From Antedon mediterranea (lineage: Eukaryota; Animalia; Echinodermata): a DNA stretch of 64,000 nucleotides. The notes below the pieces were generated by a model. It saw nothing but the letters and a program-made list of their open reading frames with translations. It was not told the origin of the DNA and did no database searches. Positions 1 to 13,510 of this stretch are shown here, in pieces. Position 1 is the first letter of the stretch. The number at the start of each line of letters is the position of its first letter. The translations under genes were made by a program, and so were the position numbers. Location: assembly GCF_964355755.1 (NCBI RefSeq), contig NC_092673.1, positions 18,597,648-18,661,647 on the forward strand, given 5' to 3'.

Positions 1-60
1 GCACCCTTAAAATTTAGGGGGGGTCCGGACCCCGTGGACCCCCCCTCTGGATCCGCCCCA
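1..60. repeat. Terminal fragment of a non-autonomous DNA transposon (GGATCCGCCCC-type end)
   Basis: GC-rich end ...ccccctctggatccgcccca. A related end (gatccgcccctg) lies at about 41078-41089. The rest of the element is outside the window. Confidence 0.45.
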
Positions 61-741
61 GATTTACAGTGAGTATAGTATTAGGCCTCTAGTATGTATA
101 AATCTGTCACTCGTGCAAAAAAGCTGCTCACGTTTTGTCTTGTGGTTGCTGTCACGCATCAGTGGCTTACCGAAGAGTCGATTGAGTCCGAAACGAACCG
201 GTGGAGGAACTCTCGTACGGAAAAAAAAATCGCGTACCGCACTTAATTTGGCGTCTAAGGCGCCAAATTAGGTACTATTGCAAAATGAAGTTCTATTGTA
301 ATTTTGTAAAATACAGTCTATATAAAACAAACATATTTAAGCCAGTATTAAACTACAATATGTATTCTGTGTTGTTACGCCTGTTATTAGATCAAGCTAT
401 TACATTAAATTAAATTTAAAGCAGAAAATAGTTATCCTTTTTTGATTTTCGTCGAATAGATCGAAGCGGATGTGCTTCGGTCATGGTCCGCAAATTATAT
501 GATACGCCTTGTGTGCCAAAATGTTTTTACTGCTTTTAGTTGAATCACCGCGTGTACAGTTAAAACCAATAGATTGTGCTGCAGTGCAGATTGTCTGTAC
601 AGTAATGTGGACTGTCTGCTTGGGGGTCTGTCTATCAAGGTACAACATTTCAACGAAGCCAATTTAATATTTTCATTCTGTTTTAATATCTGTAGAATGC
701 GTTGTCATTTATTCTGAAGCTAATACTGTAGGCCTATATAC

Positions 742-2640
742 CAGGGGTGGCGCCAGGATCTTCCCGACGCGGGGGCTACATTCCCCGATGAGGGGGCTAT
801 GCGAGCGAAGCGAGCATCACAAGGCTGGGGGCCAGGGGGCCGACAAGGGCCCCCGGTGGGGGTCTGAAGCCCCCGGAAGCAACGCGTTCTAGCGTCATTT
901 GAGGTCATTTTAATCAGATTTAGGGCAGCCATTTTTTCCATTTTTTATAATGCATAAATAAAATACTGCGTGCAAAAAAATGATGCGCGATGACTGTTTC
1001 AATCATATTTTTCAATTTAAAAAATAAAAGTTCAAAGAAAATTTAGAAAAATAGTATTGGAGGTCCTGGAAATTGGACTTATTATACTTCAAAACATGAA
1101 AAAAAATATATAAGTCCCTATCATGGTTGTGACTGAGCTAAGAAATGTTTGAAAAATAGAGATGTTAGGTCCCGGAAAATGCACTTCTTGTACTTCGAAA
1201 TATGACCAGCTTTATTGTTGGGGCTGAGCTAAGAAAATGTTTAAAACTAGAGCTGCAGGTCTTCAAAAAATTGCATTTTATACTTTGGAAACATCAGGCC
1301 CAGAGGCTTAAAAAACGCAAGCGTAGACCTTTTTCAGTCGGGGAAATAAGTTTATTCCTCCCAAGTGTATGCCTGCGTACCATCTGGACTTCCGAGTGGT
1401 GAGAAATTCATGACATACAGGACATTGAAAATGTAATAACTTAGCTATAATAAGATGTTGGCTAAGCGAAAATGGCATGTTTTTTTGTTTAGTAATGGAT
1501 GAAATATTTATTTTAGGTGCCCCACGGTACAGAAGGTTACTTGTAAATTAAAAAATTGGTGAACATACGAACAATTAACATAATTCGTTTTTGCTGTAGT
1601 GTAGCGTACGTCGACACAGTACACGACGTAACCGTCGGTAAACTTCGCCTGGAAAATAACTACAGTACACATTTTGGTCCCTGGATGGAACATGATATCA
1701 CGACCCAACGTTGAACGATTCGTACAAAGGGATACCGCCAGACAAGTGCGTACCTATAGCTATTGTTTAGTAGTAAGTTAGATCGCTGGCAATAATGAAT
1801 GCATATAAAGCGCATAATATCACTCTGACGTACTCTCACGGTCAATGAAACGTCGAGGTTTTCTAGGCGCTGAAGCTACGAAGTGAACGCGAACGAATTA
1901 TATTCCCCAACAAAAAGTACCCGAACCGTCGATAAACTTCGCCTGGAAAATAACTACATTACACATTTTGGTCCCTGGATGGAACTTGATATCACGCGTC
2001 TCGACCCAACGTTGAACGATTCGTACAAAGGGATACCGCCAGACAAGTGCGTACCTAGCTAATGTTTAGTAGTAAGTTAGATCGCTGGCAATAATTGCAT
2101 ATAAATTGCATAATAGCACTCTGACGTACTATCACGGTCAATGAGACGTCGCGGTTTTCTAGGCGCTGAAGCTACCAAGTGAACGCAAACGTTTTTTACT
2201 GTATATTATATTCCCCGACAAAAAGTACCCGTGTTCCCTTCGGTAACCGTCGGTAAACTTCGCCTGGAAAATAACTACATTACACATTTTGGTCCCTAGA
2301 TGGAACATGATATCAGGCGTCTCGACCCAACGGTGAACGATTCGTACAAAGGGATACCGCCAAACAAGTGCGTACTAGCTATTGTTTAGTAGTTAGATCT
2401 CTGGCAATAATGAATGCATAAAAGTGCATAATAGCCCTCTGACGTTCTCTCACGGTCAATGGAACGTCGTGGTTTTCTAGGCGCTGAAGCTATATGAAGT
2501 GAACGCGAACGTTTTTTACTGTATGTTATATTCCCCGACAAAAAGTACCCGTGTTCCCCGACGGGGGGGGCTAGGCTCCCCGACGAGGGGGCTAGAGCCC
2601 CCGTAGGCCCCCCCCCCCCCCCCCGCTGGCGCCACCACTG
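742..2640 (+). mobile_element. Non-autonomous hAT-superfamily element, copy 1
   Basis: TIRs CAGGGGTGGCGCCAG...CTGGCGCCACCACTG. Exact 8-bp TSD CTATATAC at 734-741 and 2641-2648. Three internal tandem units of about 300-320 bp (~1630-2545). No transposase ORF. Confidence 0.9.
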
Positions 2641-3659
2641 CTATATACCGTAATCAGGCGGTATTATTAAGGCTAGCTCACGTACAGCAGAATTCACGTA
2701 GAATTATGTGGTGTTGTTGCTTGATTGTAAATTGCCCAGATTCTTCATTAGAAAAGAACTGATCAATTTGAATTGAATTAAGGTTAATTCTAGAACTGAT
2801 ATAAGGAGTCTTTAGAACAGATATTAAGATGTCCTCTATAAACGGAGTCCTCACAAACTTATATAAGAGGTCCTCTTGTAAAATCAGGTTCCCGTCGAAT
2901 TTATTTTAGATAAGTAACTATATTATCATGGATTTCGTACCCACCATTCCATCGATAGCTTTTTTTTCTCTCTTTTGTGGCGCAAACACCACTTTTATCC
3001 ACATTCATATATTATCTCATGTCATTACATAAAATCATATTATTTAACACATTTGTTAATTCCCAATGTCGTTACAATTCATCAGTAACATTTTTACATT
3101 TATGAATTCCATATTGCCTCCTATTTTCATTAATGATCTTCGTTTTAAAATATTTTACACATAAAGAATTTGTGAGATTTTCAATTGTTTGTTTTAATTT
3201 TACAACCCGGATTATACAATGTATTTATATACAAGATAAAACGAATTAAATCAGATCAGCACCACCTGTAACTCGTATCACAGTGAATTCTTTTCTGATA
3301 ATCGAGCAAATTAGAATTTATATTAACATAATAGTATTTCTTAAAGCTACCCATTTTTCTATACTTGTTTCTTTATTGTTATATCTTTCACATTCAATGT
3401 TATATAGCATATGGCTTTTAAATGAATTCCATAAAGATTTACCCACTGGCTTATTTAATGCTGATTTATTCTATAAATAGTGAAGGCTGCAAATGTGTAA
3501 ATATAGGCCTAATCTACTATTCCATCGATATAGCTAATTAAATTACTGTATGTCAATAAATAAAAAATATTAACTTACAGTAGCATCCCATTCTCATCAC
3601 CCCACAAAGTATAAAAGTGCATGCATGTTCCATATTATGTACGACGTATGAATTGATGG

Positions 3660-4520
3660 AACGAACAATCGAGATGAAAATAACGCATGCAATCTCCATT
3701 GCAAAATTAGGTTCCATTTAAGTATAAATTCTAATATTCCCGACCTCAAAATAATTAGTGTTATAACTACGGTAACTGTATTTAGCTTCCTAGAATTTCG
3801 TCCACCCCTCCGAACATGCTTTCAACATCGTATGAACAAACAAGGTGACCGACTTCATTGCAAAATTAAGTTCCATTGCATTATTGCGAATTTAAGGTTG
3901 TTTCCGACTTCGAAGTAATACTTACTTAGAATTTCACCCCATTCCCATCCAAACTTGTTTCCCACATCGTAATATGAACAAACGAGATGACGACTTTATT
4001 GCAAAATTACGTTCAATTATTTGCGAATTCACGTTGTGTTCCCAACCTTAAAATAACTGTATCATGTATTTAGCTTGCTTAGAATTTCGCTCACCACATT
4101 CCCATCCAAACTGTTTCTCACATCGATATGAACAAATGAGATGACAACTTCATTGCACAATTATGATCCATTATTGCGAATTTATGTTCAAATGTTTCCG
4201 ACATCAAGGTAAAAAGTACCAGCTGAATAAAATATCTAACATATTGCAAAATTAGTCTCTATTATTGGGAATGTTTCCGACATCAAATATTGTTAAAACT
4301 TGATGAAAATGCTGAACTAATTAGGTACCATTATTTATTTATTGTGATATGCATGTTCAACTGTTACATTCTATTACGGTACGTGACATGAAAAGATTGA
4401 TAACAAAAGAGAACAAGGCAATATCTCATCTTTTAACATTTAGATAATGGAACCAAATTTTGCAATAAAGACTTTATTGCAAAATTTGGTTCCATTATCT
4501 AAATGTTTCCGACCTTATGA
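3660..4520. repeat. Degenerate tandem repeat (~150-bp unit) ending in a perfect palindrome
   Basis: Recurring gaacaaa.gagatga...attgcaaaatta.gttcc.att...ttccgac units. Perfect 36-bp-arm palindrome at 4435-4507. Confidence 0.65.
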
Positions 4521-5959
4521 GTTATTGTTTTGATGAAACAATATGATGAATTTCCCCTCGACTACCTTTAGGCCTACCATCCCTTATTTATTTATTATAG
4601 GTCACACACACATGTGTAACAAATGAGACGATGAAATTATAACGAATATCCAACTAACAATTTGCGACTTAGGTTCGCCATAGTATTGCAAATTTATGTT
4701 TTAATGTTTCAGACATTTCAAAGGAAATATAGTGTTATACTGTAGGTATAATAAGTGACAAAAATGTGATCATGTAACTAATATTTTTAAAGAACTTATA
4801 AATAAAAAACATAGGCCTAAATAACATTGGTCATATACATTTAAAAAAACGGAATTGATTAAATTAATAGTAAGCAATGTTAAACAAAAATATATATATA
4901 ATAATCAGTAGAATAACAGGATACATTCATATTCAACGAATAATCATTTTAATTTGAAAACATAAACATAGAAATTCATAAAACCGAACAAAATAATAAC
5001 GGGAATCATGTACCGACGAAAGGAACGTCAAATCAAATTATTACTAGAAAATAATGCAGCAATAGCGTCCCATAACTCAAACACTAAACGCTTTAGCGCC
5101 AAAGGCAAATTGTCCCAGACCATGTCCGCATAACATGCAGACGTGACTTCAGACACTTTCCTTTGGCGCTAAAACGAGTAGTCTCCTTTTCCAGCTGCTT
5201 AGAAAGGGGTCGGTAGGCTTCCCATCATGCATTTCGAGTTTTCTAGATTTTTCGATGAAGAGTGCCTTTCGTTTTTTACACTAAAATAGTAAATTTTCGT
5301 CGTATGTTTCAGTTATAATGGTTTAATTTCATACAATGAGTAAAGGTTATTAGGTTAGAAATACTTCGGTTAATAATTTTCAGTTTGTGTTTATTTGGAA
5401 ATAAGTAATATCAATATTTATAACACGATTAGCTCGCCAGAAACGTGCTGCCAAATTAAGTGACCTAGCCTTGTGCGATACAGGCCACGCGAACCTCATT
5501 TGGCAATGTCACTTCATTTGGCGTTACAAGGAGCACATGGTTAGAGTGCTCTCCTCTCCTCATATTGCTGTAATGCATGCATGAAAATAGGAAAGATTTT
5601 CATATAGGCCTACCCAACATGATATTCCTGGTTCATTATCAGCCCAAAAAACTGAACATCATTTGGATTGATTTTATAATGGTCATACACACAATAAGAA
5701 GGTATATATTTAAATAATATGAAATTAAAGTTACTTAAATAGACATAGGCTAGCCCTACCCACACAGTGCATCGTAACTGAAACAATATGGGGATTACCC
5801 TTTTCATTGAATGTTCAGTTGAAGTAGAGACTGATTACAATGTAATAAAGGCAATCAAACAAAATTATATCATTTGATTCTAATAAATATGTCTCAAATA
5901 TCGTTGTTTTATTATTAAAATACCATTGTTTTGATTGTAAAATGTTTAAATTTCGGCCT

Positions 5960-6070
5960 AGAAATAAGTGCGTCTTATGCATCGACTACATAAAAAATAC
6001 TAATATTTCAGTCTCCGTTATGGGTGCGTCTTATACACAGGTGCGACTTGTACACCGAAATATACGGTAC
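5960..6070. repeat. Right end of a Tc1/mariner-pogo type non-autonomous element
   Basis: Repeated gtgcgtcttat subterminal motifs ending in ...aaatatacgg|TA. Confidence 0.45.
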
Positions 6071-6214
6071 TATTTGTTTTTTATGTTTATAGGATAAGAA
6101 ATTATTTAAGGGCCTAATAATAATATACTTTTTTGCAACAATAAAGCTGTATTTCATGATCAGTACTACTAACTTCCATAATACTACTGTACTATATAAT
6201 TTCTCTGCATAACT

Positions 6215-6425
6215 CAGATTTTAGTAGGTAAAAAATGTCTCTGTAAGCTTATTAAAACAACCGAAATTGCTCTGAGAGCCTAAGCTTCCAGGGGCCTTCT
6301 CCCCCTGGACCCCGACTGGGGGCCCTTGGCGGCCCCCTGGCCCCCAGCCTACAGTTGCTCGCTGCGCTCGCAAAATACTTGGTGTCAAGAAAACCCCCCT
6401 CTGATGCATTCTGGCTACGGGCCTG
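6215..6425. repeat. Fragment of a hAT-like MITE related to 742-2640
   Basis: Shares the gggggcccttggcggcccc...gcccccagcct GC block with the hAT elements and ends in ggctacgggcctg. Confidence 0.5.
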
Positions 6426-6479
6426 TGCAGTCCTAGAAAGCCCATCAGCCTTCATTAGAAAAGTTCATATTCATTTTGA

Positions 6480-6659
6480 TTCGCTGTAACTGTATTTTGT
6501 CTTTACGTCTTTTATGTGTAAACTGACTTTGGGGTTGGGTCAACCGGCTCAGCTACAGTGATTAAGTTCACTTAGGTTTACCCTGGTCTCCCCAATTTCA
6601 GTTTTTTTTTGTTTTGTATATACTTAAATAGACCAAATAAATAATGAAATGAAATGAAA
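6480..6659 (+). repeat. 3' end of a LINE (L2/CR1-type tail)
   Basis: Short hairpin-like 3' UTR followed by AATAAA and a (TGAAA)n tail. Confidence 0.45.
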
Positions 6660-7755
6660 CACCAAGCCCTTCAAAGTATAACTAATCTCTACCAAGTGTA
6701 TAAAGTGTATTAGTCCATGGGCTGGAGGGGGGTTACCGTGCACCCCCCCCCCCCCCAGTTAAACTTCTTTGGTATCATTTTCTTCCCACGGACATGTAGA
6801 GTGAAAAAATCGATGTTGACAAGAAAAATATAGGGATGCATTGTATGTACTTGCGTCATTTGTAATGATCATCAGTGTTTTATCTTCAAATATTTTTTGG
6901 GGTAGGGGGTGACATTTATCCTAATAACCCAAGAATCCAACATCTAATTAGTATTATCTTAGTAACATTGTGTAGCATACATCTTTTAAAATCTTTTAAA
7001 ATTTAAATAAAATTAATCGGAAGATTATTAAGGTCAGTAGAGGTCAAAAGGTCATTGACCTTTTGCAAAATGCAAATTTTTCCCAAAATATAGATAAATT
7101 TCAATATCGTATCTACAATTTTCAATATTTTTATCTTAATTGTGTTTTACTTGTGCTTACTGACATATTGAATAAGAAAATATAGGTTAACAAGATAAAA
7201 ATTGCAGTTCATTATATACAAATTGTTATTTTTTATTGTTAAAAATTGCAATAAAAATACATTTTTTTGGGTAGAGGGTAACAATAATAGCAATAACCCA
7301 AGAATCAAACATCTAATTAGTATGATCTTGGTATCGTTGTGTATCATTCATGTTTTATAATCATATAAACTTTGAATAAAATTAATCGAACCATTTTTAT
7401 GGTCAGTAGAGGTCAAAAGGTCACTGACCTTTTGCTCACTAGCAATTATACCCGCCCCAGGGCGGGTTTTTTTTTTTTATTTATTTATTTCGGTATATAT
7501 AAAACATTACAAAAAGCAGAACAAGTCTGAAATTATTGTAGCACATTATATAAAAAATTTACATTACAGATAAAAAATACAAAACAATTTACAATATGCA
7601 TAAGAAAAATAAATATACTGTACATTAATCATTAAAATTTATCTAGTATTTTAAAAATATTTATCAAGGTTTTAATTTATTTTAAGCAATATATACAATA
7701 GTATTAATTTAAATGAATTTATTTATTTTCTTATAAAAATCCTATATAAAAAAAA

Positions 7756-10700
7756 TTATTTCGAGTTAAGCAGATTAACAATATATCTGTCGGTTTTGCA
7801 TTTAGGCACTTCCAGATTTCCACCATTGGATCTAAGGTTTAATTTTCGCTTGCGGCAAGGAGGGAGCATATCCCTATGCAAAGCCGATTTTATGAGACCC
7901 TGACCAAAGGAAAGCACCAGACTTTCCCTCCTTGCCGCAAGCGAAAGGAGTTGCGTCTCCTCTAAAGCTAAATCGTACGATATATAATTTTTTCCCAGGA
8001 TAGTTCTTAGAGCTCTTTTTTGAACAGCTTCAATTTTATGCGCTAATTTTTTAGTAATTGCACCATGCCACACAGGGCATGCATACTCAAGAATAGGTCT
8101 AATATAGCAACAGAACACCTTGATCAGGTCATTCACAGACGCGCGAGACCTCCTCATCACAAATAAAGCAAACATCTTTCGAGATGCCTTAGAGACTATG
8201 TCTGTGACATGCATGTCCCATTTCATATTATCTTGAATAGTAACCCCTAACAATTTGAGGTTGCCAACACATTCAAGGATAGTATTGTTGAGGGTGAATG
8301 GCTGGAACTCACTAGCATTACGCAAAAAATTAATTGTCATAACATGGCATTTAGACGGTTTCGGCAACATATTGTTAGCTTTACACCAGTCATCCAAATC
8401 ATCAAGGGAGACCTGTAAATAGGAATTATTGTTTTTTTTTCACGACTTCACCTAGAGTGAGATCATCCACATACTTCCATCTTCTGCAGCTTCCTAGACT
8501 GGCATCATTAATTAGGACCAGAAATAAAACTGGGCCCAATTTAGTGCCCTGGGGCACGCCGCAGGTGATCTTTCTTGTACCCGAGATGGTCTTACCCACT
8601 CTGGTATTGATGCCTCTATTAGTAAGGAAGCTGCAGATAATGGGTATTATGGATGATCTCACTCCGATATCTATTAATTTGTTAATAATTATAGTATGAT
8701 CAACCCGATCAAAGGCTTTAGCAAAATCAACCGCGCATAAATTAACATAACAATGTTTACCATCAGTATCCTTCAATACAGAATCAATTAAACTAATTAA
8801 GTAATGGGTGGTGGATGCACCCTTGCGGCTCCCGAATTGTCGACTATCAAGCTTAACGCTAATGTCCTCTATGATCCAATTAACTAAAAAAGTCTCAAAA
8901 GTTCTTGCTAATAAGGGTGTAAGTGAAATAGGACGCAGATCGTTACAGGTATTAGCTCCTTTGATTTTAGGGACAGGTACTACTGTCGCATGCTTCCACC
9001 TATCAGGGAAAGTACCTGCTTTTAGGGCGCAGTTAAACACATTGGTTATAGGGGGCGCTAGTTCAAAAGCACATTCTCTTAGAAGTTTAGCAGGCAGGTC
9101 TTCTGGATGTCCTGCCTTTTTGGGTTTTATTGATTGTAGCAATCTCTGGACCTGTCCAGGATAGATTTCAGGAGGCGGCTGCGAGGATGGAAGATATGCA
9201 GGCAAGTTGTTTTGGTCCAGAGCAGGTAATTGGCAACAGACATCCGCAAAGTGCTGATTAATTGATTCAGCGGTTTCCTTTTCGTTAAGACCTGGAATGC
9301 TAAATGACTGCTTCTGATTAAGATTACAAAGTTTTCCAACATTCTTGTGCCATTTGGAGGAGTCCGAATTGTGAAGGCCAGAAATCGCGTCTTGGTAGTA
9401 AGATTTTTTCACATCCATAATCGCTTTTTGTACACCATTTCGAAGTTTTTTCCACTTGCTAGATTTTCCAAATTTAACATATGCTTTTTGTCGTTGCTTT
9501 ATGAGTTGTTTCACTCTTTTCGTAAGCCATGGGTGATCAGTACTCCTCATTTTCAGCAACTCAGTCGGGAAATTACTATAATAGGCATTTTGTAGAGTAG
9601 TAGCTAGCATCACAGTTTTATCATTTGTATCCATAAGGTCGTAGACATTATTCCATTCATAATCAACTAACCACTGGCCAAATTGCCTCATGGACGAGTC
9701 CTTCATAGGTCTAATCTTTACCGCGAAATGATCATTTTTAGGTAAACAAGTTATAGGCTTCATTAACACCGAGACGTGATCACTGCTCCCAATGGGTGCT
9801 TTCCGTACTATATCATTATATAATTCAGGGTAATTCATAAAAATTTTGTCAAGTGTAGAATCTTTCCGTGTATGACAATTAACTACTTGAGTTAGGCCAA
9901 GATTGTCACAAGCTCATTAGTATTAAGGTCGTTGAAGTCACCTAGAATTATAATTGGAACTTCATGGTTGGCACTGCGTATCCTGTCGACTGTTTCAATC
10001 ACATGCGATACAAGTTGTTCAGCTCCAGCCGCTGCGGGTGGATAATATATCGCACCAACATATAAGTGTTTCAAGCGCCTGATGTTATTGGGTATTGTAA
10101 TACAACACCAAAGACACTCAAAATTACACTGATCATGGTGTTCAGTGTGATTCATAATTAGCCTGTCAACTGAGTACACAGATACTCCACCACCTTTTCT
10201 TCCAACACGCATCTTATTGAAATGTTGATATCCAGGAATAGTTGCTAAATTTTCAGTTTCGGCATTTAACCACGTCTCAGTTACAACTGCCAAGTCAATT
10301 TTGTATTTGCTAAGGGTAGCCTCAAATTCATCCACTTTGTTTCTAATTGACCTTACATTGGTTAACAAAATCTTGGGGCACGAAAAAACGTTTATGTTCA
10401 TGTACTTAGTATTCTCAATAGTTATAAGATTGCTCAATACTCGGCCTCTCGTTTTACTAGCTTTACTAGAGTAAGGTCAGTGGTGGCGCCAGCGGGGGGG
10501 CTACGGGGGCTCTAGCCCCCTCGTCGGGGAGCCTAGCCCCCCCGTCGGGGAACACGGGTACTTTTTGTCGGGGAATATAACATACAGTAAAAAACGTTCG
10601 CATTCACTTCATATAGCTTCAGCGCCTAGAAAACCACGACGTTCCATTGACCGTGAGAGTACGTCAGAGGGAACTTTTATGCATTCATTATTGCCGGAGA

Positions 10701-12260
10701 TCTAACTACTAAACAATAGCTAGTACGCACTTGTTTGGCGGTATCCCTTTGTACGAATCGTTCACCGTTGGGTCGAGACGCGTGATATCATGTTCCATCC
10801 AGGGACCAAAATGTGTAATGTAGTTATTTTCCAGGCGAAGTTTACCGACGGTTCGGGTACTTTTTGTCGGGGAATATAATTCGTTCGCGTTCACTTCGTA
10901 GCTTTCAGCGCCTAGAAAACCTCGACGTTTCATTGACCGTGAGAGTACGTCAGAGTGATATTATGAACTTTATATGCATTCATTATTGCCAGCGATCTAA
11001 CTTACTACTAAACAATAGCTATAGGTACGCACTTGTCTGGCGGTATCCCTTTGTACGAATCGTTCAACGTTGGGTCGTGATATCATGTTCCATCCAGGGA
11101 CCAAAATGTGTACTGTAGTTATTTTCCAGGCGAAGTTTACCGACGGTTACGTCGTGTACTGTGTCGACGTACGCTACACTACTACAGCAAAAACGAATTA
11201 TGTTAATTGTTCGTATGTTCACCAATTTTTTAATTTACAAGTAACCTTCTGTACCGTGGGGCACCTAGAATAAATATTTCATCCATTACTAAACAAAAAA
11301 ACATGCCATTTTCGCTTAGCCAACATCTTATTATAGCTAAGTTATTAAATTTTCAATGTGCTGTATGTCATGAATTTCTCACCACTCGGAAGTCCAGATG
11401 GTACGCAGGCATACACTTGGGAGGAATACACTTATTTCCCCGACTGAAAAAGGTCTACGCTTGCGTTTTTTAAGCCTCTGGGCCTGATGTTTCCAAAGTA
11501 TAAAATGCAGTTTTTTGAAGACCTGCAGCTCTAGTTTTAAACATTTTCTTAGCTCAGCCCCAACAATAAAGCTGGTCATATTTCGAAGTACAAGAAGTGC
11601 ATTTTCCGGGAACCTAAAATCTCTATTTTTCAAACATTTCTTAGCTCAGTCACAACCATGATAGGGACTTATATATTTTGTTTCATGTTTTGAAGTATAA
11701 TAAGTCCAATTTCCAGGACCTCCAACTCTATTTTTCTAAATTTTCTTTGAACTTTTATTTTTTAAATTGAAAAAATATGGATTGAAACAGTCATCGCGCA
11801 TCGTTTTTTTTGCACGCAGTATTTTATTTATGCATTATAAAAAATGGAAAAAATGGCTACACTAAATCTGGTTAAAATGACCTCAAATGACGCTAGAACG
11901 CGTTGCTCCCGGGGGCTTCTCCCCCTGGACCCCCACCGGGGGCCCTTGGCGGCCCCTTGGCGGCCCCCTGTCCCCCAGCCTTGTGATGCTCGCTTCGCCC
12001 CCTCGTCGGGGAATATAGCCCCCGCGTCGGGAAGATCCTGGCGCCACCCCTGAGTAAGGTGTGTTAATAATCACCGATATTTTTCTTCTTAATTTCCTAC
12101 CTCCTCGCTTGCGATGTCTCCGTTTACAAAATGGCCGACTTGGTCTTGGCCCTTCACTGTTTAATTCGCTATTGAATGCGATGACGTCGGGAGGAGGTAT
12201 GCCTCGGTTCGCGAATCGAAGTGCGACGAGATCCTGGGCTGAATATCGAAGATAGCACAT
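7756..12260 (-). pseudogene. LINE APE-endonuclease / reverse transcriptase ORF, disrupted
   Basis: EN motifs TNVRSIRNK, VTETWL, GDFN, SDH. RT motifs RPISLT, DFAKAFD, GVPQGTKLGP, KYVDD. Broken by the hAT insertion (10478-12052) and two frameshifts (~9905 and the homopolymer at ~8432-8440). Confidence 0.9.
10478..12052 (-). mobile_element. Non-autonomous hAT element, copy 2 (inverted relative to copy 1), inserted in the LINE ORF
   Basis: Same TIRs as 742-2640. Exact 8-bp TSD AGTAAGGT at 10470-10477 and 12053-12060. Two internal tandem units. Confidence 0.92.
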
Positions 12261-13479
12261 CGTGGCTCAGGACAGAACTTTCACTATAGTGCTCAAAAAA
12301 GAACCAAAAACTATTCAAACGTAAGTCATACGGGTTGCACAACAAGAACAATACAAAATCACATAAACAATCATTCAAAAACGAGACAAAATCAGCAAAA
12401 CTGCCAACACACGTGGAGCAAAAAAAAAAGGAATGGAGTCGCAGATGAACAGCGCCACCAAACGCCACTAAAATTAGTTTAAAGCCTTCTCAGTACATAA
12501 CACCCGACTGGCGTCGCCCTATAATCACCACCCCCACCCTCTTCAATAACACCCCACACTCTTTTTCTTTAAAAACAACAATTTTCCAACCACAATTCTG
12601 GTCAATTTTTTATAGCCTACTACCCCTAGCCTAAGCAATCCCCACTATCTTCTGAACTCCAACTCCCACACCCTAACCCTATCTCCCCCGTACTTTTTGA
12701 AATGTAGTTTAAAACCTTCACAGTACAATCACGATCATTTTGATACCCCATAATGTATGGTTACATGCAGAAACAGAAATTGTTATAATTAACAAACACC
12801 GAAAGTAGGCCATTTTTACCCCATTTTAACCCCTAACTTGGATCCTAGATGATGATGTGATATGGTAGTAGAACACAGTAACAGTAAATAACTGTATATG
12901 TTCACACAGGAATGGATGTCTGTAATGAGACAATCCAAGAGACCGATCCATAGCTGGATATGGTTAAAGTACTTTGCTAAATGTGTAAATGAATAGGTGT
13001 CATATTTGTTAATGAATAAAATATGTATATTATCTATATCTATATTTCCCCAAACACCTTGCTGAGGATAATTGAAATACTGTAAAACTTTTGTAGTATA
13101 ATTTTACAATTCGATAGCCTACAACCCCGAGCCCTAGCAAAAAATGACATCACAAACCACCACACCACCCCCCCCCCCCCACCCCTCCCACAAAAACCCC
13201 AGGAGTCGGGGGAATTTTTTTTAATGTAGTTTAAAACCTTCCGGGTACAATTGCCATCATTTTGATACCCCATACGTATGGTTACGTGCAGAAACAGAAA
13301 TTTTTATAACGAACAAACATCGAAAGTGGGGGTTTTGACCACAATTTGGTCCCTAACTTGGATCCTAGGTGGCGGATGATGTTGAAATATAGCTTAGAAC
13401 ATTCCCGGTACAATTGTGGTCATTTTGATACCCCATATGTAAGATTATGTGCAGTAACAAAAATTTGTATAACGAACAA

Positions 13480-13510
<31 letters not shown>

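Larger units (their letters stand above)
7467..12468 (-). mobile_element. Near full-length non-LTR retrotransposon (LINE, CR1/L2-group-like; clade not determined)
   Basis: APE endonuclease and RT reading frames, AT-rich 3' UTR with AATAAA and a poly(A) tail (7467-7478), 5' UTR to about 12468. Confidence 0.9.

Noticed and set aside
720-1845. Short ORFs repeated at 10709-12053
   Set aside because: Chance frames within the two copies of a non-coding hAT element, with no transposase motifs.
8457-9595. Plus-strand ORFs overlapping the RT
   Set aside because: Antisense shadows of the LINE ORF.
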